From positions 76,983 to 140,982 of the forward strand of contig CAYXSM010000002.1 of assembly GCA_964466705.1 (NCBI GenBank): a stretch of DNA of 64,000 bases, in the 5' to 3' direction. Under the pieces are notes generated by a model, which saw only the letters and a list, made by a program, of their open reading frames with translations, did no database searches and was not told where the DNA came from. Made by a program: the position numbers and the translations under genes. Positions 29,230-37,573 of this stretch are shown piece after piece; position 1 is the stretch's first letter; each line of letters begins with the position of its first letter. Source of the stretch: an uncultured Rikenellaceae bacterium (GTDB taxonomy: Bacteria; Bacteroidota; Bacteroidia; Bacteroidales; VadinHA17).

Positions 29230-30015
29230 CTAAAGCGGCATCATTTCCCTTTTTCGTTTCCTGAAAACTGCCATTTCAATAAAGCCGGCAGACCGGAGCA
29301 GATCATAAGCTTCATCAAAGTACTGCCCTACACGTGAGGGTATGTGAGCGTCAGAGTTGACACATACACTTACATTTTCCTCCGCAAAGATCTTCAGGAA
29401 CCGTCTGTCGGGATAAAAATCAGCAATTGGTCTGTTCCTTCCGTTGGTGTTCAGCTCAAAGGTGACGTCATTTTCACTAAAAGAACGTGCCAGTTTCCTG
29501 TACAAATGCTCAGGATCGTATGATGGTTTGTGCCCGTAAATCCTGATCAGGTCACAATGGCCGATAATGTCAAACAAACCCGATGCAGCAGCTTCAATAA
29601 CACGGTCAAAATATTTTTCGTACAGTATATCAATGTTCTTTCCATTGTAAAAATCAGGGCCATTGTCGACAGTCGTTTCGCCCAGATAATGAACGGAGCC
29701 TATCCTGTAATCAAGGTCAAACTGATCGAGGAAAATAGCGGTCTCATTTTCCTTTCCCTGAAAGTAATCAACTTCCAGGCCTGTCCTCAGCACTACAGAG
29801 TTCATTTTTTTTGATATTTGCGAAAGGCGTTCAAGGTATGGACCAACACTATCCGGGTTGATGCACCAATCCTGGTTTTCCTTAAAAAGGACAAGATGCT
29901 CGGAAAAGCCTATTTCCCTTATGCCGGAAGCTATCGCAGCCGCAAAGTAATCTTCAGGTGGCGCCTGTCCGTCACTATAGATTGTATGAATATGATAATC
30001 TGTTTTATAAACCAT
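29230..30015 (-). CDS. PHP-domain histidinol-phosphatase family protein (HisJ-like)
   Basis: DYHIHTIYSDG N-terminal metal motif, later SEH, GSVH, GHCD and NSDAH histidine/aspartate clusters. Confidence 0.8.
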   Translation of the reverse strand: MVYKTDYHIHTIYSDGQAPPEDYFAAAIASGIREIGFSEHLVLFKENQDWCINPDSVGPYLERLSQISKKMNSVVLRTGLEVDYFQGKENETAIFLDQFDLDYRIGSVHYLGETTVDNGPDFYNGKNIDILYEKYFDRVIEAAASGLFDIIGHCDLIRIYGHKPSYDPEHLYRKLARSFSENDVTFELNTNGRNRPIADFYPDRRFLKIFAEENVSVCVNSDAHIPSRVGQYFDEAYDLLRSAGFIEMAVFRKRKREMMPL

Positions 30016-30147
30016 TACAACATTCTGAATTCAACTGTTTTAAAAAATATGCAATGCAAAACCGACTCAAATATATAATAACTAAATTTACCTGCAGGCA
30101 TAAATGGAAAACAAAACCAATTTGTAAATACCAATCCTTCGGGAAAA

Positions 30148-31398
30148 TTGACAGATAAACAAAAGATTATTCCATGGCTCGTTGTAGCAATGGCCTTCAT
30201 TGCTACTGCGTTAAGCTTTCTGGACCGGCAGGTGCTTTCTGTATCCATAATAAGGATCAAGGAAGATATCTGTGTTTCGGATGTTGAGTACGGATTCATT
30301 AACACAGGATTCCTTATAAGTTATGCGATAATGTTCTCGCTTGGAGGGATACTTATCGATCGGTTTGGCAGCCGTCCCGGGCTGGCTTTTTCGGTTGGTA
30401 TATGGTCTGTAGCAACATTGCTTCACAGTGTTGCCAACAGCGTATTACATCTGGGGATTTTTCGTTTTCTGCTCGGACTTGGGGAAGGCGGGGCGTTTCC
30501 AGGCGCTATAAGGGCAGTTATAGAGTGGGTCCCAAAAAATAAGCAGTCTCTGGCCAATGGAATAGCTATAGGAGGCTCAGCACTGGGTGCAGTTGTGGCA
30601 CCTCCTCTCTGTGTTTATCTGATAGGTATGACGGGATGGCGGGGAGTATTCATAATTACAGGGGCTATCGGAATAATCTGGGTTCTGATCTGGCTCCTTC
30701 TTCCTTCTCAAAACCGCAACAGGGGCCATGATGCAGCCGTTAAAAGCATTTGCGCTGAAGATACCCGCCGGAAAATATCTCTTGTCAGCCTGTTGAGGCT
30801 TAAGGAAACCTGGACTTTTATAATTATCAGGTTTCTTTTGGATCCGATCTTCTATTTTTATATGTTCTGGATTCCAAAATACCTTAATGAATCAAGGGGA
30901 ATAAACCTTATTCAGATCGGAAATCTTTTCTGGATGCCTTTTCTGGCTCTGGGAGTTGCAAATATGTTCGGAGGATGGCTCTCAGACAGGATATTGATAA
31001 AAACATCCAGTACAAATACTGCCAGGAAATCTCTGATGGGTGCAGCAGCAGCCTTAACAATTTCAGCGCTGGCTGTCAGGTATGTTTCATCATCAGGCAT
31101 GGTAATTGCAATAATGTGCCTGCTGTTTTTTGCCCATGGATTATGGATCACAAACTATATTACCTCTATCAGTGATATATTCGGACGCCATGCAACATCG
31201 ACCATTATAGGATTTTCCGGTTCTGCCGGAGCCATATCATCACTTGTAATTAATCCCGTTATGGGAATAATTATTTCAAAGTACTCGTATGATCCTTTGT
31301 GGATGTACTGCGGGGCAATGTATCCGGTGGCATTTTTGGTCTTTGTATATTTAATACCTAAAATCAAACCTGTAATAACCAGAACCCAAACAGCATAG
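30148..31398 (+). CDS. MFS transporter (anion:cation symporter/ACS-like)
   Basis: 12 TM helices. FLDRQVLSV after TM1 and GLGEGGAFPG motif. TTG start at 30148; the first ATG at 30190 would truncate TM1. Confidence 0.75.
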   Translation: MTDKQKIIPWLVVAMAFIATALSFLDRQVLSVSIIRIKEDICVSDVEYGFINTGFLISYAIMFSLGGILIDRFGSRPGLAFSVGIWSVATLLHSVANSVLHLGIFRFLLGLGEGGAFPGAIRAVIEWVPKNKQSLANGIAIGGSALGAVVAPPLCVYLIGMTGWRGVFIITGAIGIIWVLIWLLLPSQNRNRGHDAAVKSICAEDTRRKISLVSLLRLKETWTFIIIRFLLDPIFYFYMFWIPKYLNESRGINLIQIGNLFWMPFLALGVANMFGGWLSDRILIKTSSTNTARKSLMGAAAALTISALAVRYVSSSGMVIAIMCLLFFAHGLWITNYITSISDIFGRHATSTIIGFSGSAGAISSLVINPVMGIIISKYSYDPLWMYCGAMYPVAFLVFVYLIPKIKPVITRTQTA

Positions 31399-31591
31399 TA
31401 TAATAACCAGCTTATCAGGCAAATGAGATACCGGAAAATTTCTTACCTTAAAGTTTTTTAAAACCATCATACATTTTGTAACAGATCTCAAAGAATTTAT
31501 TGTTTATTACCTTAACTGCCTTTAAGAAAAAGGAACCTCATACTGCGGATTGATCACGGTAAGACTTTTAATATGTAAATGATGTATTGTT

Positions 31592-33043
31592 ATGAAAAAA
31601 GCGAAATCGACAGGACAATCCAGGATAGCAGTTTTTGGAGTCGGTTATGATAAATACTGGGCCCAGTTTCCGGGATTATTTGAAGAGCTCATGGAAAAGC
31701 ATAATGCATTCCTTGAAAAAATCAGGGACTGTGGTGGTGAAATTATTGATTTTGGAATGACAGATAATCCCGGAAAAGCTTATGAACTTGTGAAAAAACT
31801 GATCTCAGCCGATCCCGATCTTGTATTCTGTACAATGTTGACCTATGCAACTTCAGGTACTTTTGGAATTATAATAAAAACCTTGAATGTACCGGTTGTC
31901 CTGGTTGCTCTTCAGCCTCTTAAAGCACTTGATTACTCAAATGCCTCGACTTATATGCAGCTGGCAAACGACGACATCTGTGCTCTGCCGGAGTTTGCCG
32001 GGGTTGCGGTACGAATGGGTAAAAAAGTGCCGGAAATTATCATCGGAACACTGCATGACGATCCTGAAGCTGACCGGCAGATTATTGAATACTGCCGGAT
32101 TGCAAAAGTCCTCCATGCTCTTAAGAATGCTAATCTGGGACACATCGGACACCCGATAAATGCCATGCTCGACATGCACACGGATGCAACAATGATCACT
32201 TCTTTTTTCGGATGCCATATCACGGAACATGAAGCTAATGAACTTACAGAGTTCTTCAATAATGTGAAGGACGGGGAGATCTTATCAGCAAGTAAGATGA
32301 TCCTTGACTTTTTTGATACCCCCGACCCCGTATCAGATCCAGTTTCGATGAAACTCCGGGAAGAAGATCTGCTCACAGCCGCGAAAACATATGTGGCTCT
32401 GCAAAATTTTGTCGACGACAGAAAACTTGACGGGCTGGCATATTATTACGACGGTGCTCCTGACAGTACCGAAAGACTCATCATGTCGAACCTCACAGTA
32501 GGTAATTCCATACTTGCCTCCAGAGGATTTCAGATGTGCGGTGAATCAGATCTTAAAACTCTTGTGGCATTGGTTATTATGGACAAACTCGGTATAGGAG
32601 GGAGTTTTGCGGAATTTCATCCGGTTGATTTTAATGAAGGATTCGTTCTCGTCGGACATGATGGGCCCCACAACATTTCGATAGCATCGGGAAAACCGGT
32701 TTTGAGAAGCCTTAAAAAATATCACGGCAAGCCTGGTTACGGTGCCGGAGTGGAGTTTAAAATAAAAGAGGGTCCGATTACAATCCTTTCCATAAATTCA
32801 ACATATGACGGCAAATTCAAATTTATCATTGCTGAAGGCGAATCAATGCAGGGACCGATTCCTCCAACGGGAAACACAAATACGAGAGGCTTTTTCAGAC
32901 CGGATGTGAGAACATTTTTAAGACGATGGATAAATGAGGGTCCGACACATCATTTTGCACTTGGTGTGGGACATCATGCCCATGAATTAAAGAAGATTGC
33001 AGAATACCTCGATATTGAGGCAGTGATTATTCCTGCCGGTTGA
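31592..33043 (+). CDS. L-arabinose/L-fucose isomerase-family sugar isomerase
   Basis: 483 aa. N-terminal RIAVFGVGYDKYW.. block and C-terminal HHFALGVGHHA block resemble the AraA-like fold. Substrate unknown. Confidence 0.6.
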   Translation: MKKAKSTGQSRIAVFGVGYDKYWAQFPGLFEELMEKHNAFLEKIRDCGGEIIDFGMTDNPGKAYELVKKLISADPDLVFCTMLTYATSGTFGIIIKTLNVPVVLVALQPLKALDYSNASTYMQLANDDICALPEFAGVAVRMGKKVPEIIIGTLHDDPEADRQIIEYCRIAKVLHALKNANLGHIGHPINAMLDMHTDATMITSFFGCHITEHEANELTEFFNNVKDGEILSASKMILDFFDTPDPVSDPVSMKLREEDLLTAAKTYVALQNFVDDRKLDGLAYYYDGAPDSTERLIMSNLTVGNSILASRGFQMCGESDLKTLVALVIMDKLGIGGSFAEFHPVDFNEGFVLVGHDGPHNISIASGKPVLRSLKKYHGKPGYGAGVEFKIKEGPITILSINSTYDGKFKFIIAEGESMQGPIPPTGNTNTRGFFRPDVRTFLRRWINEGPTHHFALGVGHHAHELKKIAEYLDIEAVIIPAG

Positions 33044-33105
33044 ATAGAATCCGGATAAAATTTGTACTATGAACAGACATGAATTATAACATAAAACCGG
33101 CTAAA

Positions 33106-33267
33106 ATGAAACAACCTCTTACTGTGGTTTCTTTTCTTCTTGCGTCTCTGATAACAAGCACAGTTTCATCCCAGATACCATGGGACGATGTTCCTTTAAT
33201 ACCCTCCGGATTAATGGGCCCTGTAAGATTTACAGGAATAAAACAGGTTGAAATACCATCAGATTGA
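33106..33267 (+). CDS. candidate small secreted peptide
   Basis: MKQPLTVVSFLLASLITSTVSSQ signal-like start followed by about 30 residues. No family recognised. Overlaps the TTG start proposed for the next gene. Confidence 0.25.
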   Translation: MKQPLTVVSFLLASLITSTVSSQIPWDDVPLIPSGLMGPVRFTGIKQVEIPSD

Positions 33268-33997
33268 CGGGGTAATTAATAAATTTGTAAAAACAGCAAT
33301 TGTGATTACTTTAAACAAACCATGTGATTGTGAAAGTTGTGAATTCAGGGATGTTGCATTTTCAACACTCTCGGAGGATGACATTAAGGATTTATGTAAT
33401 TTCAAGGAAGAACAATCTTTCAGGAAAGGAGAGATCATTCACAGGGAAGGCGACAAAATCTGCCATTTCAAATATCTGAAGTCAGGGCTGATAAAGCTTT
33501 TCAGGAGTTCTATGAGAGGAGAGGAGCAGATTATTTCAATCACACGTCCGTTTGAATTTGTAAGCAATATGAGTGTTTTTTCAGGAGAAGTGTACAAGTA
33601 TTCTGTCGCAGCCCTTGAGGATTCGGTGGTTTGTTCGGTGCAGCTTGATTTTATTAAGAAGCTCTTTTTAAAGAACGGCCACTTTGCCCTTGATCTCCTT
33701 ACAAAGATTTCTGTAATAAATGACAAAATAATTGCTCAGACTCTGGACCTCCGTCAGAAAAACCTTGCCGGGAGAGTCGCATATGTTCTTCTTTATTTTT
33801 CAAATGAGATTTACAATTCAAGAATTTTTGACCTGCCGGTCTCGAGAAAAGAAATTGCCGACTATATTGCCATGAGCCCTGCCAACGTCATAAGAGCTCT
33901 GTCGGATTTTAAAAGAGATAACATTATAAGGATCTTTGGAAAGACAATAGAAATAGCAAATTCAGAAAAACTGGATATTATTTCAAAAATCGGATAA
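33248..33997 (+). CDS. Crp/Fnr-family transcriptional regulator with N-terminal CxCxxC motif
   Basis: cNMP-binding-like beta-roll followed by the HTH SRKEIADYIAMSPANVIRALSDF. No ATG near the 5' end; candidate starts are TTG 33248 or GTG 33302. Confidence 0.75.
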   Translation: MKYHQIDGVINKFVKTAIVITLNKPCDCESCEFRDVAFSTLSEDDIKDLCNFKEEQSFRKGEIIHREGDKICHFKYLKSGLIKLFRSSMRGEEQIISITRPFEFVSNMSVFSGEVYKYSVAALEDSVVCSVQLDFIKKLFLKNGHFALDLLTKISVINDKIIAQTLDLRQKNLAGRVAYVLLYFSNEIYNSRIFDLPVSRKEIADYIAMSPANVIRALSDFKRDNIIRIFGKTIEIANSEKLDIISKIG

Positions 33998-34108
33998 CTA
34001 CGGCATAAGGGACTTAAAGAAATTTTTATTGCAAGGAATTATAGATAGACCGGAGATCCTTCCTTATTACTGGTTTACACATACCTTAGCTGAGAATTTT
34101 TTCTTTTT

Positions 34109-35038
34109 TCAGTAATCTTGAAGAATGTCATAAAGTGCATCTTTGAGATGTCCAAATCCGAAAACGAAACCGGAATCAATTATTTTTTCAGCGGAAACCC
34201 TGCTGCCCTCAGTTACCACACCTGCCATTTCGCCTAGGAAAAGCTTCAGCACCCATGGGGGAATCCCCGGCCTGAGAACTGGTCTTTTCATTATTTCAGC
34301 GAGGACCTTCATGAAACTGCCATGGCTGGTATGAGAGGGTGAAGCAGCATTAAAAGCCCCACGCATACTGTCATCTTCAATCGCCATTTGATATATGTTG
34401 CATAAATCACTGATGTGTATCCAGGGCATATATTGTTTCCCTGAACCTGTTTTCAGCAGAAAACCTGATTTTACAGGTGCCAGCAGTCTTTTAAGCGCCA
34501 TGCTTTCTCGGGCCAGAACAACCGACGTCCTGATTTTAACCGTCCGGATACCTGCATCCGAAAAAAGATCTGCCGCTGCTTCCCAGTCCCTGCACAACGA
34601 TCCAAGAAAATCATTTGAAGGGGGATCATTTTCAGTGAATATCCTTTCATCTGTTAGTGATCCATAATAACCTGTTCCTGAGGCCGATATAAAAGCCCTG
34701 AGGTTAATGCGGTAATCTTTAACAGTAGAAAAAAGAAGTCTGCTTGTATCGATCCTGCTCGCTTTAATTTCTGCTTTCCTTTTTTCTGTCCAGCGCTTTT
34801 CGCCAATATTTGTTCCGGCCAGATGAACCAGATAATCGACACCGTTGAAAATTTCAGGATCAATTATCCTTTTTTCCGGATTCCACCTGTACACCCGTAC
34901 TTTGCCAAATTTATTTTCCTTTCTGGAGAGATGGGATACTTTGTACCCTCCCGATAACAAAAGCGAGGTCAGGTTTCTACCAATAAGGCCACTCCCTCCT
35001 GTTATGAGTACTGAGGCCCCGTGATTCTTATCTTTCAT
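34109..35038 (-). CDS. TIGR01777-family NAD-dependent epimerase-like protein (YfcH-like, C-terminal DUF1731)
   Basis: ITGGSGLIGRNL Rossmann motif and 309 aa. The epimerase-like core lacks the canonical YxxxK spacing seen in true epimerases; this was judged by eye. Confidence 0.7.
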   Translation of the reverse strand: MKDKNHGASVLITGGSGLIGRNLTSLLLSGGYKVSHLSRKENKFGKVRVYRWNPEKRIIDPEIFNGVDYLVHLAGTNIGEKRWTEKRKAEIKASRIDTSRLLFSTVKDYRINLRAFISASGTGYYGSLTDERIFTENDPPSNDFLGSLCRDWEAAADLFSDAGIRTVKIRTSVVLARESMALKRLLAPVKSGFLLKTGSGKQYMPWIHISDLCNIYQMAIEDDSMRGAFNAASPSHTSHGSFMKVLAEIMKRPVLRPGIPPWVLKLFLGEMAGVVTEGSRVSAEKIIDSGFVFGFGHLKDALYDILQDY

Positions 35039-35177
35039 AGCAGAAGCTTGTTATGTTGTGTCAAAGCTAATATTTTAACTCGTTTAAAACATTTTTACTT
35101 TTTGGAAAAACATCAAAAAAGCTTACTTTAGGGGGCACAAAATTTAAAAAATAGTTACAAATAAAAAGGAGAGAATC

Positions 35178-36383
35178 ATGGCAAATATCAAGACAAAAAA
35201 AGGCGTAATTGCTATATTGACAGGAGGAGGAGATGTTCCGGGGCTCAATCCGGCAATCAGGGCAGTTACCATAAGAGCCAACAGGGAAGGATACAAAGTT
35301 ATCGGGCTTCGCAGAGGATGGGCGGGGATAACGGAACTGATAAGGGACCAGAAAGCTGATAACAGTAACTGCTTCCAGATTCTCACTGATGATATTGTGA
35401 ACAAGGCTGGCAGAACAGGAGGCACTTTTCTGCATACTTCCAGAACCAGGCCGAGCCATATGCCAAAGGACACAGTCCCGGAACAGTATAAGGATAAATA
35501 CAATGCTGAAGCGAATGACCTTACAGCGGAAGTAATCAAAAACCTTGAATGGCTGGGTGTTGATTACCTTATACCTATTGGCGGAGATGACACCCTGAGC
35601 TATGGTGTTCATCTTTACAAGAAAGGAGTAAAAGTTGTCGCTATACCAAAAACAATGGATAATGATGTACCCGGAACGGATTATTGCATTGGATTCAGCA
35701 CATGCATTACAAGGACAATCCAGATGACCAACAGCCTCAGAACTTCTGCGGGTTCGCATGAAAGACTGCTGGTACTGGAAGTTTTTGGAAGGTATGCCGG
35801 ATTTACGGCAATGCTGCCAACCATGGCCGGTGCAGCCAACAGATGTGTGATCCCCGAGTATGAGTTTGATATAGAACTTCTCACAAAATTGCTCGTTGAG
35901 GACCGGAATATGAATCCCAGCAAGTATTCTGTCGTTCTGGTTTCTGAAGGGGCAATGTTCAAAGGGGGTGAGATGATATTCTCAAAAGATGAAAAAGATG
36001 CCTACGGGCATGCAAAACTTGGCGGCATTGGTGACCTTGTCTCCGACAAGCTTAAGGAGTTATCTGGTAAATACAATCAAGGAAAAACAATAAATATAAT
36101 AAACCAGAAACTTGGTTACATGGTGCGTGGCGGCGATCCCGATGCACTGGATTCAATAGTGCCGATGGCATACGGCAATCTTGCCCTTGATTTGATTCTT
36201 AAAGGATTACATGGCAGAATCGTTGTCTTGAAAAACGGAAGGTACGACAATGTACCCATCGATGTTGTAACATCTTCAAAAAAAGTGGTAAAAGTATCGG
36301 AACATTATAACACTGAACGACTTCGCCCGTTTTACCATAGCTTTGAAATGAAGCCGTTCTTACTGATGGCTTCAGATAACTGA
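35178..36383 (+). CDS. pfp: phosphofructokinase, predicted pyrophosphate-dependent (PfkA family, Asp104/Lys124 type)
   Basis: LTGGGDVPGLNPAIR, IGGDDTLSYG (Asp where ATP-PFKs have Gly) and IPKTMDNDV. AGGAG 8 nt upstream of the ATG. Confidence 0.85.
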   Translation: MANIKTKKGVIAILTGGGDVPGLNPAIRAVTIRANREGYKVIGLRRGWAGITELIRDQKADNSNCFQILTDDIVNKAGRTGGTFLHTSRTRPSHMPKDTVPEQYKDKYNAEANDLTAEVIKNLEWLGVDYLIPIGGDDTLSYGVHLYKKGVKVVAIPKTMDNDVPGTDYCIGFSTCITRTIQMTNSLRTSAGSHERLLVLEVFGRYAGFTAMLPTMAGAANRCVIPEYEFDIELLTKLLVEDRNMNPSKYSVVLVSEGAMFKGGEMIFSKDEKDAYGHAKLGGIGDLVSDKLKELSGKYNQGKTINIINQKLGYMVRGGDPDALDSIVPMAYGNLALDLILKGLHGRIVVLKNGRYDNVPIDVVTSSKKVVKVSEHYNTERLRPFYHSFEMKPFLLMASDN

Positions 36384-36426
36384 AAGTGATGTTGTAAATA
36401 TCAGAGCCGTTGTGTGTTTTGACCCC

Positions 36427-36448
36427 GGTGCAGATCGCACCTTTTATT
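36427..36448 (+). terminator. weak candidate terminator after pfp
   Basis: GGTGC-AGATC-GCACC followed by TTTTATT, about 45 nt after the stop. The stem is only 5 bp. Confidence 0.3.
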
Positions 36449-36591
36449 GTGATCGTCCGGATTTCAGTTTCACGGATACCAATATAGCACAAAATCTGCG
36501 AAACAAGACCCATCAGGGTTTTTTAAATATCTTCTGCCTGATGCTCCCGGTTAAAATCAAGAAACCGTACCTCTGATCAAATGCTGATGTC

Positions 36592-37518
36592 TTGGAAACA
36601 GGTGTTGTAATTAAATCCGTCGGGAGCCGCTATAAAGTGCTCTCCAGCTGCGGAGTGATACTTGACTGCCTTCTTAAGGGAAACCTGAGAGTTAGGGAGT
36701 TGAGAACAACAAATCCCGTTGCTGTTGGCGATAATGTTAAGGTCATTCCGGATAAGGATAATAAAACAGGTATAATAACTGAAGTTCTTGACCGGAAAAA
36801 TTATATCCTCAGAAAGGCATCAAACCTTTCAAGACAATCCCAGATAATTGCCGCAAACGTTGACCAGACTATTCTGGTAGCTACCATAATTATGCCTGAA
36901 ACGCCCGCAGAGTTTATAGACAGGTTCCTTATTACCGCAGAAGCCTACTCAGTGCCATCAAAGATTATTTTCAACAAAACAGATCTTTATGGCAGTGTTG
37001 AAACTGAAAAACTGAATTCCCTGGTTGACATTTATTCTGCAATAGGATATGAATGTATAAGATTTTCAGTAACAGGAGGGGATGACCCTGATATTCTCAG
37101 GAATATCCTTAAAGACAGGATCACTCTTATCGGAGGAAATTCCGGTGTCGGAAAGTCAAGCCTTATTAACCTTCTGGATCCTTCACTGAATCTGAAAACG
37201 GCTGAAATTTCGGACTATCACAAACAGGGTAAGCATATTACAACCTTTCCTGAAATGCACCCGATGCCTTTCGGCGGATTCGTTATCGATACTCCCGGGT
37301 TAAGAGGATTCGGAATCACCGATATGGACAGGAATGAAATCTATCATTTCTTTCCGGAAATTTTCAAATTATCAGGGCTATGTAAATTTTATAACTGTCT
37401 TCATCTGGATGAACCTGAATGTGCCGTCAGAGATGCCGTGGAAGAAGGTAAAATAGCTTTATCACGCTACCGGAGCTATGTCAGCATTATGAATGACGAG
37501 AATCTTAAATACCGATGA
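36592..37518 (+). CDS. rsgA: ribosome small-subunit-dependent GTPase A
   Basis: Circularly permuted GTPase: NKTD precedes GNSGVGKSSLIN. C-terminal zinc knuckle CKFYNCLHLDEPECAV. TTG start. Confidence 0.9.
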   Translation: METGVVIKSVGSRYKVLSSCGVILDCLLKGNLRVRELRTTNPVAVGDNVKVIPDKDNKTGIITEVLDRKNYILRKASNLSRQSQIIAANVDQTILVATIIMPETPAEFIDRFLITAEAYSVPSKIIFNKTDLYGSVETEKLNSLVDIYSAIGYECIRFSVTGGDDPDILRNILKDRITLIGGNSGVGKSSLINLLDPSLNLKTAEISDYHKQGKHITTFPEMHPMPFGGFVIDTPGLRGFGITDMDRNEIYHFFPEIFKLSGLCKFYNCLHLDEPECAVRDAVEEGKIALSRYRSYVSIMNDENLKYR

Positions 37519-37573
37519 TATTAAAATGGTTCATTTGCCGTTTATATATCAAGCATTTAAGAAATAATTCAGG

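Noticed and set aside
35067-35759. 230-aa ORF on the minus strand, plus nested ORFs at 35144-35539 and 35681-35962
   Set aside because: It is entirely antisense to the well-supported PPi-phosphofructokinase gene. The composition is Cys/Ser/Phe-rich with no motifs. This is a typical shadow ORF.
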